Below are positions 7,016-14,875 of a DNA stretch of 18,205 nt, piece after piece. The translations under genes and the position numbers were made by a program. Numbering within the stretch: position 1 is the stretch's first letter; each line of letters starts with the position of its first letter. The notes under the pieces were generated by a model, which had not been told where the DNA came from, did not search any database, and saw nothing but the letters and a program-made list of their open reading frames with translations. This stretch comes from a virus, in the IMG/VR virus record IMGVR_UViG_3300033405_000009; one strand, 5' to 3'.

Positions 7016-7450
7016 CTATCTCGTAGCCGCTTCGGCGTATGCCTTAGCCGCCAGTTCCTTGGCTTCATCTTCTTCATCCGGCCAAGCCCAGCACATCCCC
7101 AGGAAGGGAGTCATAGACTGACGACCATACGAACAAGACGTTGCCCTTTCCAACTGCCAACCATAAGGATCGGTCTTGTTCTTATCATCAGAGACGTACA
7201 CGAGATTGCAGCATGGCACATAGAAGGCATTCTGATGCTCCGGAGAGTTGGTCAGATTGATTTCATCGTGCTTCTGCTTAAAATCTGCGACCGTTTGACC
7301 ATCCGGACCCCCATGGAACCAGTTAGTGACGATAGCATTGTGTGCGACCCGGTGACTGTCGAAGAAGATGACCCTACAGCCGATCTTGAATGCTCTATCC
7401 ATGATGCCCTGTCTTTCTACGGCTTCGAAGCCGCACAGGACAGGTTTCAT
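7016..7450 (-). CDS. hypothetical protein (144 aa)
   Basis: ORF only; TAG stop. Confidence 0.35.
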   Translation of the reverse strand: MKPVLCGFEAVERQGIMDRAFKIGCRVIFFDSHRVAHNAIVTNWFHGGPDGQTVADFKQKHDEINLTNSPEHQNAFYVPCCNLVYVSDDKNKTDPYGWQLERATSCSYGRQSMTPFLGMCWAWPDEEDEAKELAAKAYAEAATR

Positions 7451-7647
7451 CTCGACATTACCAAGAAAGGTCTAATATTGAACGACCAATTTGACTGGTA
7501 GTGTCGCTTTTGAGGATATGGCGAAATGAATTGGAACCATATCCTTGATTGTAAAAGGGATTGGGGATAACCGTCACTACTGTCGGAATCTCTTACCCTC
7601 GACCTGCTAATATGTGGGTTGAACACTTCACTCATCAAGAGGAAGCC

Positions 7648-7821
7648 ATGGCCGCTAAGAAGACTGCAAAGAAGACCGCCAAGAAGCCTGCTGCCAAAAA
7701 GACGGCAGCCAAGAAGGTTGCCAAGAAGACGGCGAAGAAGCCTGCTGCGAAGAAGGCTGTCAAGAAGGCTGCTGCGAAGAAGCCCTCGGCTGCGGCTACC
7801 GCACCGGCTCCTCAGGCCTGA
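7648..7821 (+). CDS. histone H1-like Lys/Ala-rich nucleoid protein (57 aa, AKKTAKKPAAKK repeats)
   Basis: ATG at 7648 preceded by aagAGGAAgcc (SD, about 5-nt spacer). Protein is MAAKKTAKKTAKKPAAKKTAAKKVAKKTAKKPAAKKAVKKAAAKKPSAAATAPAPQA. Followed by a strong intrinsic terminator. The longer ORF call from TTG 7561 and the alternative-frame ORF 7619-7885 are artefacts. Confidence 0.7.
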   Translation: MAAKKTAKKTAKKPAAKKTAAKKVAKKTAKKPAAKKAVKKAAAKKPSAAATAPAPQA

Positions 7822-7830
7822 AACGGTCTC

Positions 7831-7870
7831 ATCTAGGTCGGGGGTGGAATTTATCCCCGACCTAGATTTT
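7831..7870 (+). terminator. rho-independent terminator of the H1-like gene
   Basis: Perfect 11-13 bp inverted repeat atctaggtcgggg-gtggaatttat-ccccgacctagat followed by tttt. Confidence 0.65.
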
Positions 7871-7911
7871 CATAGTTGGCGTTGAGCTTTCCATCAAAAC
7901 GCTGACTTAAG

Positions 7912-8271
7912 ATGGATGAAGTCAATGATACCCCCCGAGTCTGTGAGGCTTGTGGAGGGGATAAAAGCACTACGTGTCATTGGTGCACCAGCGGATTTCA
8001 AAATTTAGTCCAGCAAGAACGTTGGCAGAAATTCCGCCAGAGAATGGGGAAAATCTCTGGGACTTATTCCTTGTTTCAAGGAATGGTTGAAGAGTTATTG
8101 GAACGCATCGACGGGTTAGAAGGCGAAGAAGCTCAGTCCTTGGTTGTGGAGGGTCGAGAGGCTCTATGCAAATGGTTAATTTCAGAGCACGGAACTCCTG
8201 ATAGAGACGAAGCCGGTAAAGCCCTATTGGTGAGTTACCGGCATTGTCTCGACTATTTCGCTAAGAGATAG
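7912..8271 (+). CDS. hypothetical protein with N-terminal Cys4 zinc-ribbon-like motif (CEACGG...CHWC)
   Basis: 119-aa ORF, TAG stop immediately abutting the convergent RF gene stop. Confidence 0.4.
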   Translation: MDEVNDTPRVCEACGGDKSTTCHWCTSGFQNLVQQERWQKFRQRMGKISGTYSLFQGMVEELLERIDGLEGEEAQSLVVEGREALCKWLISEHGTPDRDEAGKALLVSYRHCLDYFAKR

Positions 8272-8938
8272 TTACCAGTCCCCTCGCGAGTATTCCTTAT
8301 ATTTCCATTGTCGACCAGTTAGATGGTCATTGACTTGACCATCCTGAACTCGAACAGTTCTTCTCTTATCGCCGCGCATCCCGGACCCCACTTGAGCTCG
8401 TCGATCAGCGGCTCGAGCAGAAGTCACTCTTTCATGCTCCGAAGCCCAGAGACGGGCACGAAGAAGTGAAAGAGCGGTTTCCTTGTTCTGTTTGAGGCTG
8501 CGCTCTGTTTCACATCGAACTTGAAGCCCGGACGGTTCATGCTTTAGAATTATAGCCGTTTCGACTTTATTCCTAGCTTGTCCGCCGGCTCCGGATCCGC
8601 GAGTTGGGATCCATTCGAGATCGTCTTCTCGAATATGAACCTGCGCTTCAGTCGGGATGGGTAAAACTGCGACTGTAATAGTCGAAGTCTGAACCCGGCC
8701 CCTTTTCTCTGTTGGAGGAATCCGTTGCCAGCGATGCCCGCCGGACTCATTCGCAAAGGTCTCGTCTGCTGCCTTCCCGGACACTTGGAAGGTAACGATT
8801 CCCGGTCGTCTGTCCGCTAGTTCGACGTCAAAGACCCCTCCGGACTGCCAAACGGGCGTAAATTCCGAATTGCTCTTCTACGAGGAGTTTGGCGTCTGCG
8901 CCGCCTTCTGCTGCCCTGATCTCGACTACAATACTCAT
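8272..8938 (-). CDS. class-I peptide chain release factor, RF1-like and N-terminally truncated, requiring a +1 programmed ribosomal frameshift at 8828-8833 (CUU UGA C)
   Basis: Frame 0 from ATG (8936-8938, SD AGAGG upstream) gives MSIVVEIRAAEGGADAKLLVEEQFGIYARLAVRRGL then TGA. The +1 frame continues DVELADRRPGIVTFQVSGKAADETFANESGGHRWQRIPPTEKRGRVQTSTITVAVLP...RGSGAGGQ...RTVRVQDGQVNDHLTGRQW. This aligns contiguously with RF1 domains 2-4 (EIRAGTGG...RYAEARRW/RVEIM...GGHRVQRVPATE...SGAGGQ). Shift-site context ccGGAGGggtCTTTGAC matches GGAGG, 3 nt, CUU-UGA-C. Domain 1 (about 105 aa) is absent. The recognition loop PPT fits the RF1 PxT motif, not the RF2 SPF motif. Confidence 0.75.
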
Positions 8939-9090
8939 GATCCTTACCTCTTTCCGTGTGAAGACACGAAGAACACGCGCACAAACTGTCGATCGAGGCT
9001 AAGGAGCTTCGTCGTTGACAGGCAGGGGTGCGCGGATTGGGAAGAGGATCACGTCAACCTGAATGGATGCTCTTATGGAGCTTCACATCT

Positions 9091-9300
9091 TCATTTTACA
9101 ATCGAAGACTTAAGCGTCCCATCAGGATTGCGAAGGGGATGTTGTTCGAATTTGGGGCGCTTAGGTCCGCAGTGGCCATCCGGCATCACTGCGACACGCA
9201 CATACTTGCCTATGGTTCCAGCGTCCGGATGCCCGCAAGTCAGGTCATCATCCGGTTCCATGTAGGAATGGACGCATGCTTGACAGTTGGGCGAGTTCAT
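9091..9300 (-). CDS. small Cys/His-rich protein (about 69 aa) whose ATG overlaps the SPFH gene's TGA stop (ATGA)
   Basis: MNSPNCQACVHSYMEPDDDLTCGHPDAGTIGKYVRVAVMPDGHCGPK...; TGA stop at 9091. Tentative. Confidence 0.3.
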   Translation of the reverse strand: MNSPNCQACVHSYMEPDDDLTCGHPDAGTIGKYVRVAVMPDGHCGPKRPKFEQHPLRNPDGTLKSSIVK

Positions 9301-10316
9301 TTCTTGACGTCGAGTCCGAACATGAGAGGGCTGCCCTGCGGGAGGATATTGGCTGGCATTCCGCCGTTCCACTTCTTGGCCGCTTCGAGCATAGCCTCGG
9401 CTTGCATGCGCTGAATATCAAGGTGATTCTTCTCGATCAGAGCTTCCTTGGCCTTGGCGAATTCTTCGGCCGCCATACGTTCGGCCCTCGCTGCAGCGAT
9501 CTTCTGCTCATTCTTCTGCTCATTCGCGACTTTCTCTTTACGGGCGATTTCGATGTTCATTTCGGCGTTGGCCGTTTCGTTGATTGCTGCCTGAATCTTG
9601 TCATCGAAGGCCAGACCACCCGCACTTCCGACGTTCTGTACGGTGATTCCGTACGTCTTGAAGTGCTCCTTCGTAAGTTTCTCAACCTCGGCGAACACTC
9701 GACTCTTCTGGACTTTGCACTCCTCCAAGGTCAGGACACCGAATGCCTTCGAAAGCTCGCCCTGAATGAAACCGCGGACGTTCTGATCAACGACTTCTTT
9801 GAGTTGCTTCGTGGTGTGGTAATAGAGATAGACTGGGGCGTCCTCCTCCATTACGAAGGCAGTCATGTTCACACCCACGTGAAAGTTGATACTTTCTTTC
9901 GACTCCACCTCGATGGCTCGCACGTCTTCAACGGGACCGGGAGCCGCTGCGGGTGCTCCAGGAGCTGCGGGTGCTGGAGCCTTGGCTGGCGGCGACGCGT
10001 CGTTCTTGATCCACTCGCGCGTAACGAGACTCCTGTCGACCTTAACGACTCGGACGGTGGGAATCCACTCGTAGTCCCACCACATTCGCCCCGTATCTCG
10101 CTCGCGTACGGAGATCTCGATACGCTTTGCGACGACCTTCTTGGACTCGAGATACTTGATGCTCTCGAACTTCTCCTGTTCCTTGCTGTTTCCTTCGAGA
10201 GGAATGACGAAGGCTGTCTCGTTCGGCCCAACGTTTTCGAGTGGCAGAACTTTCGCCGGGCCACACCCGATCAGGGTGAGCGCGAACATGATGAACCCAA
10301 CATTCGACAGCTTCAT
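9297..10316 (-). CDS. SPFH/band-7 (stomatin/flotillin-like) domain lipoprotein
   Basis: Probable start MKLSNVGFIMFALTLIGC (lipobox LIGC) at 10316, sharing TAATG with the upstream gene. C-terminal SPFH-like region GITVQNVGSAGGLAFDDKIQAAINETANAEMNIEIARKEKVANEQKNEQKIAAARAERMAAEEFAKAKEA. Ala/Pro linker. The antisense ORF 9276-10469 is a shadow. Confidence 0.6.
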   Translation of the reverse strand: MKLSNVGFIMFALTLIGCGPAKVLPLENVGPNETAFVIPLEGNSKEQEKFESIKYLESKKVVAKRIEISVRERDTGRMWWDYEWIPTVRVVKVDRSLVTREWIKNDASPPAKAPAPAAPGAPAAAPGPVEDVRAIEVESKESINFHVGVNMTAFVMEEDAPVYLYYHTTKQLKEVVDQNVRGFIQGELSKAFGVLTLEECKVQKSRVFAEVEKLTKEHFKTYGITVQNVGSAGGLAFDDKIQAAINETANAEMNIEIARKEKVANEQKNEQKIAAARAERMAAEEFAKAKEALIEKNHLDIQRMQAEAMLEAAKKWNGGMPANILPQGSPLMFGLDVKK

Positions 10317-10591
10317 TACCGGTCTCCGTTTGTATTTGGCTTGGTCCAAGGAACGATCCAGATAAGGAAAAGAATTACTGCGAAGAGAGCAAAGCAGGCC
10401 ACATCCGGTAGACTCAACCGACTGATGATCGTCGGAGAACCCATGGGAGTAGCGACGTCTCGCGCCTGACTCAACGCAGCCGCAGTTTCGAAGGGATTGT
10501 ACGCGGCTTGTAAGGCCGCATGAAGCCAGTACATCAAACCGAAAGCGACGAATGTGAAGATGAGTCGCTTAATGAGAGATTCGGTCTTCAT
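10316..10591 (-). CDS. small two-TM membrane protein (91 aa), translationally coupled to the SPFH gene (NfeD-like partner role possible)
   Basis: Hydrophobic segments LIFTFVAFGLMYWL and VACFALFAVILFLIWIV; TAA stop overlapping the next start. Confidence 0.45.
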   Translation of the reverse strand: MKTESLIKRLIFTFVAFGLMYWLHAALQAAYNPFETAAALSQARDVATPMGSPTIISRLSLPDVACFALFAVILFLIWIVPWTKPNTNGDR

Positions 10592-10923
10592 GGGGTTACT
10601 GCTCCAGGTGGCATCGCCATGTTACATGGAACGAAGAATCTTGGAGATGGAGTAGAAATGTCGTGCAAGAAGCAGTATCCGCCTTGCTCATAGAGCACGT
10701 ACGAGCGAGCAGGCTTCGAACTTGACCCATGAGTCTGAGTTTCTGGCTTGTAAGGGACGTACCAGATGATTTTTCGTTCCGGCTCCATCCCAATTTGGGC
10801 CTGGACATATTTGATGACCTGTTCCTTGCTCGGAGCCTCAGGAAGGTCGTCATCGCATCCGGTCAGACAGATGGAAATAACCAAGACCTCCAAGAAGCAA
10901 ATGGGCTTACGGAGTCTGATCAT
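10588..10923 (-). CDS. small lipoprotein (internal start MIRLRKPICFLEVLVISICLTGC, lipobox LTGC)
   Basis: The N-terminal extension of the called ORF is Ser/Arg-rich and non-protein-like. An internal Met gives a classic signal peptide plus lipobox. TGA stop overlaps the next start. Confidence 0.45.
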   Translation of the reverse strand: MIRLRKPICFLEVLVISICLTGCDDDLPEAPSKEQVIKYVQAQIGMEPERKIIWYVPYKPETQTHGSSSKPARSYVLYEQGGYCFLHDISTPSPRFFVPCNMAMPPGAVTP

Positions 10924-11275
10924 CGACATCGGACTTCTCCTGGGCAGCAAGATTAGCGTCATATTCTGCCTTCTTGACGTCGTATTTCTCGGAATCGTTG
11001 TGCTCCCGCATCTCATTGATGCTGAAGTATCCGGCTTGCCACATGATGCCCTGTGCGAAACACAGCCACCGTTCGGCCTTGCGGACTCGGCTTTCGTTTC
11101 CTGCACTGGTCTCTACCATCTCGCGAATTTTCGGCAGCATCCACATGATGTGCTTGGCTGCCTTCTCCATCCCAGGAGGAGTCAAGTCTTTGTCGACTTC
11201 CTCAGGCTTCACCCGAGTGCGACGGAGAGCTTCCTCGTACCACAGACAGACCTGGATAATCTGATCGGCTCGCAT
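10907..11275 (-). CDS. hypothetical protein (122 aa)
   Basis: ORF with ATG start and TAA stop; charged helical composition. Confidence 0.45.
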   Translation of the reverse strand: MRADQIIQVCLWYEEALRRTRVKPEEVDKDLTPPGMEKAAKHIMWMLPKIREMVETSAGNESRVRKAERWLCFAQGIMWQAGYFSINEMREHNDSEKYDVKKAEYDANLAAQEKSDVDDQTP

Positions 11276-11294
11276 GGAACCCCGTACATCCGGA

Positions 11295-11927
11295 CTAATC
11301 AGACTTGCGCGTCCAGATAGTCATCATATCATCTCTTTCGAACCATCGTGGGATTTCAACTGTCTTGGAAAGAATGAAATTCTTTCGGAGGACTTTATAG
11401 AACGATGCCCCTGCAGTCATTCCATTGAAGTCCCCAACATAAATGAGAGTTTGACCTTTCCAATATTTCAGACAATCTTTAGCAACCATATGTCTTTTAG
11501 ACTCAGGTGCTAGAGGCTGTTCCATTGGAGGCCAGCATAAGAAGAGGGACCTGTCTCGATATTGTTTCAAATCCCGGGGATCACCCCGGGAAATGAAAGT
11601 AAAAAGATTACCTCCAACATGCCACGGATTGATTCCGAATGGGTCATATCGATCGTAGGCGATAATATCAACCCCGATATATCGGAGTAAATGCGCCCAA
11701 TAACCCATACCGGCCCCCATTTCAACTATCGGGCCATGGGTTGCAATTTCTAGTAACGCCTCCTCAGTAGGTATCGCCCAAGAGATATTCATGCACTCTC
11801 GCATGACTTGGCGGGCTTTGCTGCAATGTTCTAGTGGAAGGCAGTCCAAATACCTGCGGAGGAGGACGTTTTCTCGATGAAGATCTTTATCTTTACCGAT
11901 CCACCTCCGAGAGGATGAGCGGTTCAC
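11295..11927 (-). CDS. putative class-I SAM-dependent methyltransferase
   Basis: Motif I-like IVEMGAGMGYWAHLL, followed by an acidic beta2 end DIIAYD and a possible motif-IV-like CWPP. GTG start overlapping the upstream TGA (GTGA). Confidence 0.45.
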   Translation of the reverse strand: MNRSSSRRWIGKDKDLHRENVLLRRYLDCLPLEHCSKARQVMRECMNISWAIPTEEALLEIATHGPIVEMGAGMGYWAHLLRYIGVDIIAYDRYDPFGINPWHVGGNLFTFISRGDPRDLKQYRDRSLFLCWPPMEQPLAPESKRHMVAKDCLKYWKGQTLIYVGDFNGMTAGASFYKVLRKNFILSKTVEIPRWFERDDMMTIWTRKSD

Positions 11928-12556
11928 TCTGACTTGGGATCTTTGGGCTTGGGCTCCTCCTTCTTCGGCGGAAGCTCCAATTTGCGAAGCAGATCCGGAT
12001 TTTTGAGCTGGGCCACCACCGGACTCATCCCCTGAACCAGAATGCGGAGTCCCTGATCCCGGATCTGGGTCGGATCAATGGCTGCATGGGTCTCGGCCAG
12101 TCGCTTGGCACTATTGGCTAGACGTCGGCTGTTGCGAAGCAGGTCGGTACCGGCCAAGTCCTCATGATCCGAGGTAGCCCGGACCCCGGCCTCCTGGTCG
12201 CGAGGTGATGGAACGGTCCGACGCTTGTATGTCTCCCAGAGAATGCGCTTGATTTGATCCATCTTGCGCTTACGAATGGTCTCAACATCCGGATCAGAGG
12301 GCTTCGGCAAGCGAGGCTTGATGTAAGCATGCTTCGCGAGCCAAACGTAGGGCACGAATCGCTTGGGAGCGACTCGAGCGGCCCAATCGAGAAATTGAGC
12401 GGCCCTGTGGACCTCGGACAGATTCCTGTCCGGGTCGAAATCTTCGAAGCTAATAGTCTTCAGCTTGGGCTTCTTCACCAGCACTTGAGGTGCCGAAGCG
12501 GGTGGCGGCCCGGGTGCTCGGTTAGTGGCCTTCATGGGTACGCTCTCCAGTCGCAT
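11924..12556 (-). CDS. hypothetical basic protein (210 aa)
   Basis: ATG start, TGA stop; Pro/Lys-rich termini. Confidence 0.45.
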   Translation of the reverse strand: MRLESVPMKATNRAPGPPPASAPQVLVKKPKLKTISFEDFDPDRNLSEVHRAAQFLDWAARVAPKRFVPYVWLAKHAYIKPRLPKPSDPDVETIRKRKMDQIKRILWETYKRRTVPSPRDQEAGVRATSDHEDLAGTDLLRNSRRLANSAKRLAETHAAIDPTQIRDQGLRILVQGMSPVVAQLKNPDLLRKLELPPKKEEPKPKDPKSE

Positions 12557-13523
12557 GGGAATTCAACCCTTTCACGTAAGTTTCAAGTACAGCGAGCGAT
12601 TCGATCACTGTCTGGTACTCTTGCACCTTGTTAGTTTCCCCACCATTGTGATCGGGATGAAGTTGTGCGGCTCTTTTGAGCATTGCTCGTTTCGCCGCAG
12701 TGAGGTTGATCTCCTTCCCAAACGTAAATCCTTGCCCGAGCCCAAGGACTTCACAGGCCTTCCTAAACTCGTCGCGAGATACCTTCTTGGCCTTTGCCGA
12801 CTTCACGGCGGTAGCCCTCAGTCGATTAACATTCCGCCGTAGATCTTCACATGCTTCATGGACGAAGTGTCGAAAGTCATCTACAGCTTTCTGTTGCTCG
12901 TGAAAATCTACATCTTTATACTCAACCATGCTAGCTCGCACGAAATCTTCTACCAATACATTGAGTCGAACCAACAACGTTTTTGACCTGGACTGTTGCG
13001 AATCCATGCTTAGAAATGACGGCTCTTCACCTGCCCCATTTACCGGCATTGCCGCCGGAAGAGGCGTTGATACCGGCGGTGCAGATGACCGTTGAGATTT
13101 CGAGTACGGTGCGGCCTTCCTGAATTTTCGACCATCCGGAGTACTCGCCGAGTATCCCGATTTTTCGTAGTCGTCGATTACGTATTCTGCCGCATCGACG
13201 AATTCCATATTCTCTTTCTCAGCCAGTGCTTTACTCTCTCGATACAAGCGGATCACGGTGTACTGAGCCACACCTTTATCTAGCATGTTCCAGAAAGAAT
13301 TAACCCACGGTCCGCTATTCAGCAGCGTGGATCTGTGATCGTAATCCTGCCTTGAGCCACCTAGAAACCGAGCGAGCACGATCCCGAATGGGCCACGGGG
13401 CTGCGGATCTTCATCGAAGATCGCATTACGAATCTCCTTTTCGAGTTCTGCCTTCCGCTTCCAATTCGTGGAATTGGCAGTTTGCTTATACTGGGTAATC
13501 AACCCTTGCAATCTGCTAGTCAT
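12522..13523 (-). CDS. J-domain (DnaJ-like) protein with C-terminal J domain (DjlA-like architecture)
   Basis: C-terminal DEFRKACEVLGL...LTAAKRAMLKRAAQLHPDHNGGETNKVQEYQTVIESLAVL contains the HPD tripeptide in J-domain helix II/III context. ATG at 13523. Confidence 0.6.
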   Translation of the reverse strand: MTSRLQGLITQYKQTANSTNWKRKAELEKEIRNAIFDEDPQPRGPFGIVLARFLGGSRQDYDHRSTLLNSGPWVNSFWNMLDKGVAQYTVIRLYRESKALAEKENMEFVDAAEYVIDDYEKSGYSASTPDGRKFRKAAPYSKSQRSSAPPVSTPLPAAMPVNGAGEEPSFLSMDSQQSRSKTLLVRLNVLVEDFVRASMVEYKDVDFHEQQKAVDDFRHFVHEACEDLRRNVNRLRATAVKSAKAKKVSRDEFRKACEVLGLGQGFTFGKEINLTAAKRAMLKRAAQLHPDHNGGETNKVQEYQTVIESLAVLETYVKGLNSHATGERTHEGH

Positions 13524-14841
13524 CAATATCCCCCACGTCTAGCAGAAGGGCGGGATCCAGGTCTGCATTATTTGCAACCATGGACTGAATCCGGCGCATT
13601 TCTCCAGTGAGCTTATGAAGCGATGTCATGACTTGACCAAGTTTGTTCACTTCTTGCTGTTTGATGGCCGACTCGACTGCTTGGGCTACTTCGATTCTGA
13701 TGGAACTTACAGACGGGACTGCGATTTGAACCGCGTCCATGATGGCTTGAATGTCAATGGTAGACTCGGATCTCTCCTCCAGGGCTTGCACCCTTCGGGA
13801 AAGATCCGAGATCTGCTCGAAGATTTGATCCCCGCGGTCTTTGATGAAGACGATATTTTCCACCACTCGAAGTTGAATTTCACCCGATTGAGTCAACAAC
13901 TCCTGCATCATCTTGATCGCATTGACGAGATCACCAGTGCCTCCGAGCATAGGCATTGGAATGGGAAGAGGGACCTGTTGAGTATGAGGTGCCTCATCGT
14001 CTTCCTCTTCGACAAAGACGAGTCCATCTGAATTGAGACGCTCCCACATCCTCTGAGAGCCACCACCTGGCATCTTCCGATTGCCTTTATTGACCCAACC
14101 GAGCTCCCTCAAAATGCCACCGATTCTGGCTCGGTGGGCATTGTGGACGATTTCTCTGTCCAATCCGATTGCTTCCACCAGAATATCAGTAGTGGTAACT
14201 TGTCTTTTGTCCGCTACATACTCTTGGACTTTATCTTCCCAGGTTGCCTCTTCCTCAATTACTTCTTCGGCTTGAGACTCTTCTTCGGAAGATTCCTCGG
14301 TCTCTCCTTCCGATTCAGCTTCTTCGGAAAACTCTTCTTCCTCTTGACTTACGAGGTCCGTCACGGTTTCTGGCTCCGGCTCCGGCTCTGGATCCGGCTC
14401 TGGATCCGGCTCTTGTTGCGAAGCCAATTTCAAATTGGCGAGGTTTTCGAAAGGACGACTGGTGAGAGTATTCTTTGAACTTTGGCTCGCACTACGCAAG
14501 ATCAAATTCTCCATCTTGCTCCCTGGCAAGGTGCAACCGCTCAAGAGGTCATTTACGGGAGCACCGTCACCTCTCTCTAGAAGAGAGTATGCAGCCCCCA
14601 GGCTCGGTTTCTCTCTTGGTTGACTACAGCTTACGATTCCCTGCCTATACAGGACTGCCATGAAATCCCGTTGCCATGTTCTGTCTGAAGCTTCGGCGCG
14701 GATGATGGAACTGGTTTCAGAATCGCGAGCAGGGAACTTGTCGAATAACTCCGAAAGGCGATTTTCACCATGAACGCTTCGAAGAATTCTCAACGCTCGT
14801 GCGACGAGTTCCTTCCTAGCTCTCAACCTGTCGGGACTCAT
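13516..14841 (-). CDS. large acidic protein with (E/D-P)n repeat, Glu-rich tract and C-terminal coiled coil; central segment possibly winged-helix-like
   Basis: 441 aa. QQEPDPEPDPEPEPEPETV...EEEEFSEEAESEGETEESSEEESQAEE. TAG stop. Confidence 0.5.
   Translation of the reverse strand: MSPDRLRARKELVARALRILRSVHGENRLSELFDKFPARDSETSSIIRAEASDRTWQRDFMAVLYRQGIVSCSQPREKPSLGAAYSLLERGDGAPVNDLLSGCTLPGSKMENLILRSASQSSKNTLTSRPFENLANLKLASQQEPDPEPDPEPEPEPETVTDLVSQEEEEFSEEAESEGETEESSEEESQAEEVIEEEATWEDKVQEYVADKRQVTTTDILVEAIGLDREIVHNAHRARIGGILRELGWVNKGNRKMPGGGSQRMWERLNSDGLVFVEEEDDEAPHTQQVPLPIPMPMLGGTGDLVNAIKMMQELLTQSGEIQLRVVENIVFIKDRGDQIFEQISDLSRRVQALEERSESTIDIQAIMDAVQIAVPSVSSIRIEVAQAVESAIKQQEVNKLGQVMTSLHKLTGEMRRIQSMVANNADLDPALLLDVGDIDD
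14373..14414. repeat. tandem hexanucleotide repeat (ggctcc/ggctct/ggatcc, 7 units) encoding the EPDP repeats of the minus-strand gene
   Basis: Direct reading of ggctccggctccggctctggatccggctctggatccggctct. Confidence 0.8.
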
Positions 14842-14875
14842 GTGGTGAGATCATTTACTCCTGATTATTCCCAAC

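Noticed and set aside
7619-7885. 88-aa Arg-rich ORF (RRLQRRPPRS...) and the TTG-extended call 7561-7821
   Set aside because: Alternative frame or extension of the Lys-codon repeats of the H1-like gene. The ATG at 7648 with its Shine-Dalgarno site and terminator explains the locus.
8870-9265. 131-aa plus-strand ORF
   Set aside because: Its 5' part is antisense to the RF gene N-terminus, and the rest lies in a probable intergenic or small-gene region. No start context; Cys-rich by chance in a GC-rich frame.
9276-10469. 397-aa plus-strand ORF
   Set aside because: Exact antisense shadow of the SPFH lipoprotein gene. Composition is low-complexity (L/D/G-rich) with no start context. The minus-strand gene has lipobox and SPFH motifs.
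13615-14478. Plus-strand ORFs 13615-14031, 14134-14478, 14244-14465
   Set aside because: Antisense to the acidic repeat gene. The L/R-rich translations come from reading the GAA/GAG-rich strand in reverse.
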